A DNA stretch of 64,000 nt, taken from contig JAFSIS010000074.1 in assembly GCA_017439665.1 (NCBI GenBank), forward strand, positions 3,632 to 67,631, written 5' to 3'. Under the pieces are notes generated by a model. It did not search any database, was not told the origin of the DNA, and worked only from the letters and a program-made list of their open reading frames with translations. The position numbers and the translations under genes are program-made. The DNA comes from Lachnospiraceae bacterium (GTDB lineage Bacteria > Bacillota > Clostridia > Lachnospirales > Lachnospiraceae). Of this stretch, positions 10,515-19,423 are shown in pieces; position 1 is the stretch's first letter; each line of letters starts with the position of its first letter.

Positions 10515-11789
10515 ATGAGTATTCGTTTTTTTAATGCCCGCATCATGTCCATGGCAGAGGCTGGAGTGATCATAGAAGGAGAAGTCTGGGTACAGGATAA
10601 TCGTATTCTCTATGTGGGGGAGGGGAAAGATGCCCCTGCGGCCCCTGTCTGGGAGAGAGAAGTTGACTGCAAGGGAAATCTGTTGATGCCGGGTTTTAAA
10701 AATGCCCATGCCCATTCGGGAATGACGGTTTTTCGTTCTCTTTGTGACGACTACAATCTGCAGGACTGGCTGACTCAGGAAATCTTTCCCCGGGAAGCCC
10801 AAATGACGGGTGAAGATTGTTACCTGTTGACAAAACTTGCCATTTTAGAGTATCTTACCAGTGGTATTACTGCCATAGGTGATATGTATCTGACACCGGA
10901 GACCATTGCTGATGCCTGCAATGAGATGGGGATGCGCTGTGTTCTGGTCAGTGGTCTGAATAAATTCGGTCCTCCTCTTGAGGTAATGGAGGAACGTTAT
11001 AACAAGCTGAACGGAAAGTATGATCTGGTGTCCTATAAGATGGGTGTTCATGCAGAATACACCTGTTCCAAAGAACTATTGGGGGCGGTATCTGATCTGA
11101 TCCACAAATATCAGGCTCCCCTTTACGTGCATATGTCCGAGACGAAGGCCGAGGTGGATGAATGTATTGAACGTTATGGCATAACGCCGCCTGCACTCTT
11201 TGAGTCTCTGAGGTTGTTTGATTTTGGCGGTTCCATTTATCATGGTGTCCATATTACGGATGAGGATATGGAGATTTTGAAAAAGTACGGGATTAGTGTG
11301 ATCACCAACCCTGCCTCCAATGCCAAGCTGGCCAGTGGAATCGCTCCTGTAGGCGAGTACCTTCGTCGGGGAATTCCGGTAGGAATCGGGACCGATGGTG
11401 CCTCCAGTAATAACTGCCTGGATATGTTCAGGGAAATGTTTCTGGTGACAGCGTTGGCCAAGCTTAAGGAGAATGATCCGGCGGCAGTAGATGCCATCAA
11501 GGTTCTTTCCATGGCTACGGTAAACGGAGCGCTCTCTATGGAGCTTACTGATGCAGACATTCTGGCTGAGGGTAAGCTGGCAGATATGATCATGATCGAC
11601 CTTCACCAGCCCAACATGCAGCCTATCAATAATATTGCCAAAAACCTGGTTTACAGTGGCAGTAAACTAAATGTAAAAATGACCATGATCAATGGAAAGA
11701 TCCTCTACGAGGATGGCAGATTTGCGAAAGAAACGGATGCTGAGGCAATCTATGCCGAAGCAAATAAGATTCTGGAAAGACTGCGTTAA
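10515..11789 (+). CDS. amidohydrolase, MtaD/TRZ-ATZ family (MTA/SAH or related purine deaminase)
   Basis: ATG 10515 preceded by GGGAGG. Metal ligand motifs NAHAHSGMT, HMSET, GTDGASSNN. Sits between punA and a purine permease. Confidence 0.8.
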   Translation: MSIRFFNARIMSMAEAGVIIEGEVWVQDNRILYVGEGKDAPAAPVWEREVDCKGNLLMPGFKNAHAHSGMTVFRSLCDDYNLQDWLTQEIFPREAQMTGEDCYLLTKLAILEYLTSGITAIGDMYLTPETIADACNEMGMRCVLVSGLNKFGPPLEVMEERYNKLNGKYDLVSYKMGVHAEYTCSKELLGAVSDLIHKYQAPLYVHMSETKAEVDECIERYGITPPALFESLRLFDFGGSIYHGVHITDEDMEILKKYGISVITNPASNAKLASGIAPVGEYLRRGIPVGIGTDGASSNNCLDMFREMFLVTALAKLKENDPAAVDAIKVLSMATVNGALSMELTDADILAEGKLADMIMIDLHQPNMQPINNIAKNLVYSGSKLNVKMTMINGKILYEDGRFAKETDAEAIYAEANKILERLR

Positions 11790-11881
11790 AGGATTGTAAG
11801 CCAAAGCCGGCTTTCAATAGATGGGAAGCCCCTGAGGCTTCCAAATATTATAGATTTTCTATGAGACTAGGAGGTAGTAAA

Positions 11882-13252
11882 ATGTTAGAAACGTTTTTCC
11901 GTTTAAAGGAAAACAAAACAGACGTAAGGACCGAGGTTATGGCCGGTATTACCACGTTTATGACCATGGCTTACATTCTGGCAGTTAATCCCAGTATCCT
12001 TTCTGCGGCAGGGATGGATGCAAATGCCGTTCTCATCGCAACTGCACTGAGTTCCTTCATCGGAACCCTGTGTATGGCATTCTTTGCCAATTATCCCTTT
12101 GCGCTTGCACCTGGTATGGGGTTAAATGCTTACTTTGCCTATACTGTGGTTCTGGGCATGGGATACAACTGGCAGGTTGCGCTACTGGCCGTTTTTGTGG
12201 AAGGTATTATTTTTATCCTTCTTTCTTTGACCAATGTAAGAGAAGCAATTTTTAATGCCATTCCCATGACCCTGAAAGCAGCGGTAAGTGTGGGTATCGG
12301 CTTATTTATCGCTTTCATCGGTCTGCAGAATGCCAAGATCATTGTAAACAATGATTCCACGCTGCTGACCTATCAGACCTTTAAGGGAGAGACCTTTCCT
12401 TCAGTAGGTATGGGTGCACTGCTTGCCCTGATCGGTATCATTATTACTGCAGTTTTTCTGGTAAAACAGGTAAAGGGCGGAATTCTTTTTGGAATTCTGG
12501 TCACCTGGGTACTGGGCATTCTGGCAGAGCTTATGGGGATCTATGTTCCCAATCCTGAGCTGGGGATGTACAGTACTATTCCTACAGCTTTTATCAGCTT
12601 TGATTTCAGTTCCCTGGGAAGCACCTTTGGACAGGTATTCAAGGCGGATTTCTCAAGCCTGAATATTACAGACTTTATTGTAGTAATGTTCGCCTTCCTT
12701 TTCGTGGATATTTTTGATACCCTGGGTACCCTGATCGGTGTAGCCAGCAAGGCAGATATGCTGGACAAGGATGGCAAGCTTCCCCGGATCAAAGGTGCCT
12801 TACTGGCCGATGCGGTTGCCACTACAGTTGGTACAATCTTTGGTACTTCTACCGTTACTACATATGTGGAAAGTGCTGCAGGTGTGACTGCAGGAGGAAG
12901 AACCGGTCTTACCGCAGTGGTTACCGGACTTTTATTCCTGCTGGCGATGATCTTCTCACCCCTGTTCTTAACCATTCCTTCCTTTGCGGTAGCTCCTGCC
13001 CTGATCATCGTGGGCTTCTATATGATGGGTTCCGTAACAAAGATTGATTTTAATGATATGACAGAGGCAATTCCTGCCTTTCTGACCATTCTGTTCATGC
13101 CTTTGGCATACAGTATTTCTGAGGGTATTGTAGCAGGTGTGATCTCCTGGACATTGATCAATCTGATTTCCGGAAAGGCAAAGGAGAAGAAGATCAGTAT
13201 CTTAATGTATATATTGAGTATTCTTTTCGTATGTAAATTTATTTTCCTGTAA
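11882..13252 (+). CDS. NCS2-family purine permease (AzgA/PbuG-like adenine/guanine/hypoxanthine)
   Basis: ATG 11882 preceded by TAGGAGG. Polytopic membrane protein with N-terminus LETFFRLKENKTDVRTEVMAGITTFMTMAYILAVNP, typical of this family. Confidence 0.9.
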   Translation: MLETFFRLKENKTDVRTEVMAGITTFMTMAYILAVNPSILSAAGMDANAVLIATALSSFIGTLCMAFFANYPFALAPGMGLNAYFAYTVVLGMGYNWQVALLAVFVEGIIFILLSLTNVREAIFNAIPMTLKAAVSVGIGLFIAFIGLQNAKIIVNNDSTLLTYQTFKGETFPSVGMGALLALIGIIITAVFLVKQVKGGILFGILVTWVLGILAELMGIYVPNPELGMYSTIPTAFISFDFSSLGSTFGQVFKADFSSLNITDFIVVMFAFLFVDIFDTLGTLIGVASKADMLDKDGKLPRIKGALLADAVATTVGTIFGTSTVTTYVESAAGVTAGGRTGLTAVVTGLLFLLAMIFSPLFLTIPSFAVAPALIIVGFYMMGSVTKIDFNDMTEAIPAFLTILFMPLAYSISEGIVAGVISWTLINLISGKAKEKKISILMYILSILFVCKFIFL

Positions 13253-13311
13253 AGGGAAACAGATTTGGGATAACAGAGCAGTTGTTCGGTTCTTAAACCG
13301 TTATGCAAAAG

Positions 13312-13341
13312 AACCTTGTGCGGGGGCACAGGGTTTTTTTG
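13312..13341 (+). terminator. rho-independent terminator after the purine permease
   Basis: AACCTTGTGC-GGGG-GCACAGGGTT followed by TTTTTTT. Confidence 0.8.
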
Positions 13342-13378
13342 CACAATAAAATTTATATTTTTTAAAGGATATGACAGA

Positions 13379-15082
13379 ATGGATGATCTGATCATTTTAG
13401 GCAGTGTGTTTGCTGTATTTATCGGGGCTATATGTATAGGCTTGAATGAGGGAAGAAAAAGGCAGAGGACTCTTGTCCGGACGTTAAAAGAAAACTATGG
13501 GAAGGCCAATTTGCGGAAGTGGAAGACAGAAGATCTGGAACGGATATCTTACTATTCAAAGAGCCAGGATAGGATCAAGGATGGTAGTAACGCAGATGCA
13601 GGCAGAGCGAAAATAAGGATTGATGACCTGACCTGGGCTGATCTGGGGATGGATGATCTTTTCTGCCAGATGGCCTATACCGGTTCTTCCGTGGGGGATG
13701 ATTATCTTTATTATCTTCTGCATCATCCGGCAGGATCCGGAATGGAGCTGGAGCGCCTGGAAGAAAAGATTGCCTACTATCAGGAAAATGCCGGAGAAAG
13801 ACTTAAGCTGCAGGTTCTTTTCCATGAAATGGGAAGGCTTCAGAATTATTCTCTTTCCCGCTATATTCAGTTTATGGAGGATATGGAGCCGGGAAAAAAT
13901 TTCAGGCACCATGCAGCCAATGGATTGCTTCTTCTTTCTCTTTTACTGATGACGGTCAGGACAGGGCCTGGTTTTGGACTATTTCTGCTCTGCCTTTGCT
14001 ATAATTTTCTTTCCTATTTTCGTTATAAAAGAGAAATGGAACCCTGCCTGGCCAGTTTTCGCTACATTCTTACTCTGCTGAAAAATGCAGAGAAGATTGC
14101 AGGGGCATTGACTCCGGTTTGGAAGAAGGAGCAGGAGAAGCTGAAGGAAGAATTGAAGCAGTTTAATCGCTTTCGGAAAAACTCCTATCTGCTGGGTTCA
14201 GGAGGAGGCGCAGGAGGGCAGGAGATGGAGATTCTTCTGGATTATCTCAGAATGTGCTTCCATCTGGATATTATTAAATTCAATTCCATGCTGGATGAGC
14301 TGCAGCAAAAAGCAGACAGCTTATGGGAGCTTTATTCCCTGCTGGGTGAGCTGGACAGCTGCCTGGCCATAGGGGCCTACCGGGCCTGGCTTCCCGGCTG
14401 GTGTATTCCGGATTTTACAGAAAAAAAAGAACTTATCCTTGAAGAGGGCTATCATCCTCTGGTAGAGGATGCGGTTCCCAATTCACTGGTGATGGATAAA
14501 AATGTTTTGTTGACGGGTTCCAATGCTTCAGGTAAGTCCACCTTTTTAAAGACCATGGGGATCAATATCCTTCTTGCCCAGACCATCAATACCTGTACAG
14601 CCAAAGGGCTTAAGCTGCCTATCTGCCAGCTTTATACGGCCATTTCCTTAAAAGATAATGTTCGCCTGAAGGAAAGCTACTATATGGCAGAAATACGGGC
14701 CATCAAGCGGATACTGGACAGTGCAGGTGAAGAAAGACAGGTTGTCTGTATGGTGGATGAGGTGTTGAAGGGAACAAATACGGTAGAACGGATCGCCGCC
14801 TCAACGCAGATTCTAAGGAAGATGAGTCGGGAGGGAATTCTCTGTATAGCAGCCACTCATGACAGTGAACTGACCAGAATTCTGGAAAAAGAATATCAGA
14901 ACTATCATTTTGAGGAAGAAATGGCAGAAGGTGATGTTCATTTTTCCTATCAGTTAAAGTCCGGAAGTGCCAGTAGCAGTAATGCTATACGTCTGCTGGA
15001 AGAAATGGGCTATGGGAAAGAGGTCACTCTGGGAGCCAGGGCGATGATCGAAGAATACAAAATACAGGGGGAGTGGAAATGA
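13379..15082 (+). CDS. MutS-related ATPase (MutS domain III/V only, membrane-anchored, no mismatch-binding domain)
   Basis: Walker A GSNASGKSTFLKT, Walker B MVDEVLKGTN, ATHD motif. N-terminal TM helix and a central hydrophobic pair. The 13316 start in the ORF track overlaps the upstream terminator, so ATG 13379 is preferred. Confidence 0.8.
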   Translation: MDDLIILGSVFAVFIGAICIGLNEGRKRQRTLVRTLKENYGKANLRKWKTEDLERISYYSKSQDRIKDGSNADAGRAKIRIDDLTWADLGMDDLFCQMAYTGSSVGDDYLYYLLHHPAGSGMELERLEEKIAYYQENAGERLKLQVLFHEMGRLQNYSLSRYIQFMEDMEPGKNFRHHAANGLLLLSLLLMTVRTGPGFGLFLLCLCYNFLSYFRYKREMEPCLASFRYILTLLKNAEKIAGALTPVWKKEQEKLKEELKQFNRFRKNSYLLGSGGGAGGQEMEILLDYLRMCFHLDIIKFNSMLDELQQKADSLWELYSLLGELDSCLAIGAYRAWLPGWCIPDFTEKKELILEEGYHPLVEDAVPNSLVMDKNVLLTGSNASGKSTFLKTMGINILLAQTINTCTAKGLKLPICQLYTAISLKDNVRLKESYYMAEIRAIKRILDSAGEERQVVCMVDEVLKGTNTVERIAASTQILRKMSREGILCIAATHDSELTRILEKEYQNYHFEEEMAEGDVHFSYQLKSGSASSSNAIRLLEEMGYGKEVTLGARAMIEEYKIQGEWK

Positions 15083-15555
15083 AGGTAACCATTTATACGG
15101 ATGGGGCGGCCCGGGGCAATCCGGAGGGACCGGGAGGCTACGGCTGCCTGCTGCATTATATTGATTCTACAGGAAAGCTCCATATCCGTGAGTTTTCAGC
15201 AGGATATAAGAAAACCACCAACAACCGTATGGAAATGCTGGCGGTAATTGTGGGACTGGAGGCACTTACCAGACCATGTCAGGTTACGGTGGTTTCCGAT
15301 TCTAAATACGTAACCGATGCCTTTAACCAGCACTGGCTGGAAAACTGGCAGAAAAACCAATGGAAGACCAGTACCAAAAAGCCGGTAAAAAACAAACAGC
15401 TCTGGCTGCGCATGCTGAAAGCTATGGAGTCTCATCAGGTACAGTTTCAATGGATCAAGGGACATGCCGGACATCCGGAAAATGAACGCTGTGACGAGCT
15501 GGCCACCTCTGCAGCAGACGGAGAGAATCTTTTGGAGGATAATCTGGGAGACTGA
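15079..15555 (+). CDS. rnhA: ribonuclease HI
   Basis: IYTDGAARGNPGPGGYG, NNRMEMLA, SDSKYV, WIKGHAGHPENERCDELA motifs. ATG 15079 overlaps the TGA of the MutS-like gene (ATGA). RBS GGGGAG. Confidence 0.92.
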   Translation: MKVTIYTDGAARGNPEGPGGYGCLLHYIDSTGKLHIREFSAGYKKTTNNRMEMLAVIVGLEALTRPCQVTVVSDSKYVTDAFNQHWLENWQKNQWKTSTKKPVKNKQLWLRMLKAMESHQVQFQWIKGHAGHPENERCDELATSAADGENLLEDNLGD

Positions 15556-15598
15556 TGCTGTATAGGAGGGTTTTTGACAGGGATGAGACAGATAACAG

Positions 15599-15627
15599 TT
15601 GCACAACCCTTTTTTTAGTGCTATGAT
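15599..15627 (+). promoter_or_regulatory. sigma-A-like promoter for the 53-aa membrane protein gene
   Basis: TTGCAC, 17-nt spacer, TATGAT, with TGc immediately upstream (extended -10). Confidence 0.45.
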
Positions 15628-15654
15628 TATAGGCAGAAAGGTAAGGTGAGGGAC

Positions 15655-15816
15655 ATGACAAGTTTAATCACTTTTTTGAATGCATTCAGTTCTTATCTGC
15701 TGTTGGTTATCGTTTTTGCGGTTGTTGCCGTTGTTGCGGTGTTAATCGGAATTCGTTTGAGAAAGAATAAGAACCGTAAGGCTAAGACAGAGGACAGCCT
15801 GGCAGGAGAAGCCTGA
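15655..15816 (+). CDS. small single-pass membrane protein (53 aa), hypothetical
   Basis: Not in the ORF track because it is under 60 aa. ATG 15655 follows AAGGTGAGGG. Product MTSLITFLNAFSSYLLLVIVFAVVAVVAVLIGIRLRKNKNRKAKTEDSLAGEA. Own promoter-like element and a downstream terminator. Confidence 0.55.
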   Translation: MTSLITFLNAFSSYLLLVIVFAVVAVVAVLIGIRLRKNKNRKAKTEDSLAGEA

Positions 15817-15854
15817 TCAAATGAACAGAATGATCATGAATAGGAAACGTGAAG

Positions 15855-15890
15855 GAATGACTGTTGGTAAGAAATAGTCATTCTTTTTTG
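15855..15890 (+). terminator. rho-independent terminator after the small membrane protein gene
   Basis: GAATGACT/AGTCATTC stem followed by TTTTTT. Confidence 0.65.
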
Positions 15891-15915
15891 TTCATTTTTT
15901 TAGAATAAGTATTCG

Positions 15916-15944
15916 TTGACAGATACTTCATCTGCAACTATACT
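15916..15944 (+). promoter_or_regulatory. sigma-A-like promoter of nrdDG
   Basis: TTGACA (15916-15921), 17-nt spacer, TATACT (15939-15944). Confidence 0.55.
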
Positions 15945-15953
15945 AGTAAATAC

Positions 15954-15969
15954 ACACAAGATATAGTTG
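15954..15969 (+). promoter_or_regulatory. NrdR-box-like operator
   Basis: ACACAAGATATAGTTG matches about 13 of 16 positions of the NrdR palindrome (acaCwAtATaTwGtgt). A weaker copy, GCAACTATACTAGTA, at about 15934-15948 overlaps the -10. Upstream of a class III RNR operon, the expected context. Confidence 0.55.
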
Positions 15970-16095
15970 CCTTCCTGGAAATAATTACCACATTCTGTAT
16001 GTTGGATTTGAAACAGAATATGGATTAGTTATCAACACATGACTGCGAAGGCCTGGGCAGTTACACCAATACAAATAGGAAAAGAGGGAGAGGGA

Positions 16096-18288
16096 ATGAG
16101 CAGTTTAGTTGCAGAAAGTTGTGCACAGGATACAGTAAATTATGGCAGCGAGTACAGTCCTGAAAAAGAGGTTAAGGTAGTAAAAAAGGACGGAAGTACA
16201 GAGGGCTTCAACGTTCAGAAGGTCATCGATGCCATTGGCAAGAGTGCTTACCGTGCATTGACCAGATTCACTGAGGATGAGAAGCGGCATATTTGTCAAT
16301 ATGTGGTAGATAAGGTGGATGAGCTGGATACTACTGAAATTCCAATCTCAATCATGCATAATATCGTAGAGAGTGCTTTGGAGGAGGTTAAGCCCATTGT
16401 AGCCAAAAGCTATCGGGATTACCGTAACTATAAGCAGGACTTTGTACGTATGTTAGATGATGTCTATAAGAAGAGCCAGTCCATTATGTATGTAGGAGAT
16501 AAGGAAAATGCCAATACTGACTCGGCCCTGGTTTCTACCAAAAGAAGTCTGGTATTCAATCAGCTGAATAAGGAGCTTTATCAGAAGTTTTTTATGACTA
16601 CGGAGGAGATTCAGGCCTGTCGCGATGGATACATTTATGTGCATGACATGTCTGCCAGAAGAGACACCATGAATTGCTGTCTCTTTGATGTTGAGCACGT
16701 TTTATCCGGTGGCTTTGAAATGGGAAATATCTGGTATAATGAGCCTAAAACCCTGGATGTAGCCTTTGACGTGATCGGAGATATCGTGTTAAGTGCGGCC
16801 AGTCAGCAGTATGGTGGATTCACGGTACCCAGCGTAGACAATATTCTGGAGCCTTATGCAGAGAAATCCTATCAAAAGTTGAAGGACAAGTACCTTTCCC
16901 TGGGCATCAGTGAAGAGATTGCCGAAGCCGAGGCACTGAAGGATGTGGAAAAGGAGATGGAGCAGGGCTTTCAGGGCTGGGAATATAAGTTCAATACGGT
17001 TGCCAGCAGCCGGGGAGACTATCCTTTTATTACCGTTACCGCCGGTACCGGAACTGGAAGATTTGCCCAGATGGCTACCATCGTTATGTTAAGAGTAAGA
17101 AAAGGTGGACAAGGCAAGAAGGAATGCAAAAAGCCGGTACTTTTTCCAAAGATCGTTTTCCTTTATGATGAAAATCTTCATGGGCCGGGCAAGCCTTTGG
17201 AGAAGGTATTCGAGGCAGGTGTGGAGTGTTCTGCCAAAACCATGTATCCGGACTGGCTGAGTCTTACCGGAAAGGGCTATGTGGCCAGTATCTATAAACA
17301 GTACGGTAAGATCATTTCTCCCATGGGATGCAGGGCATTTCTTTCTCCCTGGTATGAACGGGGTGGTATGCATCCGGCAGATGATGAAGATACGCCTGTA
17401 TATGTAGGGCGGTTTAATGTGGGAGCAGTTTCCCTGCACTTACCCATGATCCTGGCAAAGGCAAGGCAGGAGAGCAGGGATTTTTACGATGTGCTGGATT
17501 ATTATCTGAATCTGATCCGCCAGTTACATATCCGCACCTATGCTTATCTGGGTGAAATGCGTGCCTCTACCAATCCTTTAGCCTATTGTGAGGGTGGATT
17601 TTTAGGTGGGTATCTGAAGCTGAGTGATAAGATTAAGCCGCTGTTAAAGAGTGCTACAGCGTCCTTTGGCATCACCGCCTTAAATGAGCTGCAGATGCTG
17701 TATAACGGTAAATCCCTGGTGGAGGACGGAGCCTTTGCCCTGGAGGTTATGGAGCACATTAACAAGCGGATCAATGAGTATAAGGAGGCTGATGGCCATC
17801 TTTATGCCATTTATGGAACTCCAGCAGAAAATCTCTGTGGTCTGCAGGTACAGCAGTTTAGGAAAAAATACGGTATTATTGAAGGGGTTTCCGATAGAGA
17901 ATATGTGAGCAACAGCTTCCACTGCCATGTAGCAGAAGATATTACTCCAATTCAAAAGCAGGATCTGGAAAACCGGTTTTGGAATCTGTCCAACGGTGGT
18001 AAGATCCAGTATGTCAAGTATCCTATCGATTACAATATCGAGGCCATTAAGACTTTGATCTATCGTGCAATGGACCTGGGATTCTATGAAGGGGTAAATT
18101 TAAGTCTGGCTTACTGTGACGATTGTGGTCATCAGGAACTGGAGATGGATGAGTGCCCCAAATGCGGAAGCCGCAATCTGACTAAAATTGACCGGATGAA
18201 TGGCTATCTGTCCTATTCCCGGGTACATGGAGATACCAGATTAAACGATGCAAAGATGGCAGAAATTGCAGAAAGGAAGTCTATGTAG
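16096..18288 (+). CDS. nrdD: anaerobic ribonucleoside-triphosphate reductase (class III)
   Basis: ATP-cone (VVKKDGSTEGFNVQKVIDAI). C-terminal Zn ribbon CDDCGH...CPKCGS and glycyl-radical region DRMNGYLSY. ATG 16096 preceded by AGAGGGAGAGGGA. Confidence 0.95.
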   Translation: MSSLVAESCAQDTVNYGSEYSPEKEVKVVKKDGSTEGFNVQKVIDAIGKSAYRALTRFTEDEKRHICQYVVDKVDELDTTEIPISIMHNIVESALEEVKPIVAKSYRDYRNYKQDFVRMLDDVYKKSQSIMYVGDKENANTDSALVSTKRSLVFNQLNKELYQKFFMTTEEIQACRDGYIYVHDMSARRDTMNCCLFDVEHVLSGGFEMGNIWYNEPKTLDVAFDVIGDIVLSAASQQYGGFTVPSVDNILEPYAEKSYQKLKDKYLSLGISEEIAEAEALKDVEKEMEQGFQGWEYKFNTVASSRGDYPFITVTAGTGTGRFAQMATIVMLRVRKGGQGKKECKKPVLFPKIVFLYDENLHGPGKPLEKVFEAGVECSAKTMYPDWLSLTGKGYVASIYKQYGKIISPMGCRAFLSPWYERGGMHPADDEDTPVYVGRFNVGAVSLHLPMILAKARQESRDFYDVLDYYLNLIRQLHIRTYAYLGEMRASTNPLAYCEGGFLGGYLKLSDKIKPLLKSATASFGITALNELQMLYNGKSLVEDGAFALEVMEHINKRINEYKEADGHLYAIYGTPAENLCGLQVQQFRKKYGIIEGVSDREYVSNSFHCHVAEDITPIQKQDLENRFWNLSNGGKIQYVKYPIDYNIEAIKTLIYRAMDLGFYEGVNLSLAYCDDCGHQELEMDECPKCGSRNLTKIDRMNGYLSYSRVHGDTRLNDAKMAEIAERKSM

Positions 18289-18290
18289 GT

Positions 18291-18800
18291 ATGCGGTATC
18301 ACGATATAACGAAGGATGATATGCTGAACGGAGACGGGCTTCGGGTTGTACTTTGGCTTGCCGGCTGTAACCACTGTTGTAAGGATTGTCAGAATCCTGT
18401 AACCTGGGATCCGGATGGAGGCCTGATGTTTGATGAGGCTGCCAGAAAAGAAATCTTTGATCAGCTGGATAAGCCATATATTTCCGGGATTACCTTCTCC
18501 GGTGGAGATCCCCTCCATCCTGCCAACAGCCTGGAGGTAAAAGAGCTTATGGCTGAAATAAAGGAAAAATATCCCAGGAAAAGCATCTGGCTCTATACCG
18601 GTGGTGACTGGGAGGTTATCCGCCATATGGCCCTTATGCAGTATGTAGATGTCTGTGTAGATGGTGAATTCAAGCTTGAATTAAAGGATCCCAAGTTGTT
18701 GTGGAAGGGAAGCTCCAATCAGAGAGTGATCGATGTGCAGGCCTCCTTAAAGCTGAATTCTGATGAACCTCCCATTTTGCATTGCGGCAATTATGAATAA
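18291..18800 (+). CDS. nrdG: anaerobic ribonucleotide reductase activating protein (radical SAM)
   Basis: Starts 2 nt after the nrdD stop. Cys cluster GCNHCCKDCQN. 169 aa. Confidence 0.92.
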   Translation: MRYHDITKDDMLNGDGLRVVLWLAGCNHCCKDCQNPVTWDPDGGLMFDEAARKEIFDQLDKPYISGITFSGGDPLHPANSLEVKELMAEIKEKYPRKSIWLYTGGDWEVIRHMALMQYVDVCVDGEFKLELKDPKLLWKGSSNQRVIDVQASLKLNSDEPPILHCGNYE

Positions 18801-18868
18801 AGAGTATAATGAAAAGGTGTCAGGATATTTCTGGCACCTTTGACTGATTATGGAAATGGAGGAAATCT

Positions 18869-19378
18869 ATGCAGCGTATTGCTCAGTTTTTTAAAGTCAG
18901 TTTCTCCCAGTTTGAAAAAGGGATCAGGGATTGTATCCCCGGCATCCCAGAGGAGAGCATCCGGGAAATATACGAGGGGATCAGCCTTCCCAAACGGGCT
19001 ACCAGAGGAAGTGCGGGATATGATTTTTTTACTCCTGTTTCCATCAGCTTAAAGCCCGGTGAAACTATTAAGATTCCTACCGGTATCCGTGTGAAAATGG
19101 AGGAAAACTGGGTGCTTAAGCTGTATCCCAGAAGTGGATTGGGATTTAAATATCGTCTTCAGTTGAATAATACGGTGGGAATTATCGACAGTGATTATTA
19201 CTATTCAGATAATGAAGGGCATATTTTTTCACGGATCACCAATGATTCCAATGAAGGAAGGGAAGTATGCTTAAACAGAGGGGATGGCTTCATGCAGGGG
19301 ATTTTTCTGGAATATGGGATAACCGTGGATGATGAAGCTGACGGAATCCGTAATGGCGGCTTTGGAAGTACCGGATGA
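18869..19378 (+). CDS. dut: dUTP diphosphatase
   Basis: Motifs RGSAGYDF, YPRSGLG, VGIIDSDY, RNGGFGSTG. RBS GGAGGAAATCT before the ATG. Confidence 0.9.
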   Translation: MQRIAQFFKVSFSQFEKGIRDCIPGIPEESIREIYEGISLPKRATRGSAGYDFFTPVSISLKPGETIKIPTGIRVKMEENWVLKLYPRSGLGFKYRLQLNNTVGIIDSDYYYSDNEGHIFSRITNDSNEGREVCLNRGDGFMQGIFLEYGITVDDEADGIRNGGFGSTG

Positions 19379-19423
19379 TCAGAAAAATAAAGTTTAAGAT
19401 AAAAAAAGAATAGGAGAAAAGTT

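Noticed and set aside
11790-11881. Possible purine riboswitch upstream of the purine permease
   Set aside because: The gap is only 92 nt. It contains a simple hairpin (GGAAGCC-CCTGA-GGCTTCC) and no three-way junction or conserved purine-riboswitch loops.
13316-13378. Upstream start (13316) for the MutS-like gene given by the ORF track
   Set aside because: These codons overlap the intrinsic terminator of the permease gene and encode MCGGTGFFCTIKFIFF from the terminator T-run. ATG 13379 is preferred.
15960-16095. Possible cobalamin riboswitch in the nrdD leader
   Set aside because: No B12-box-like sequence is present and the leader is too short. NrdR-type control explains the region.
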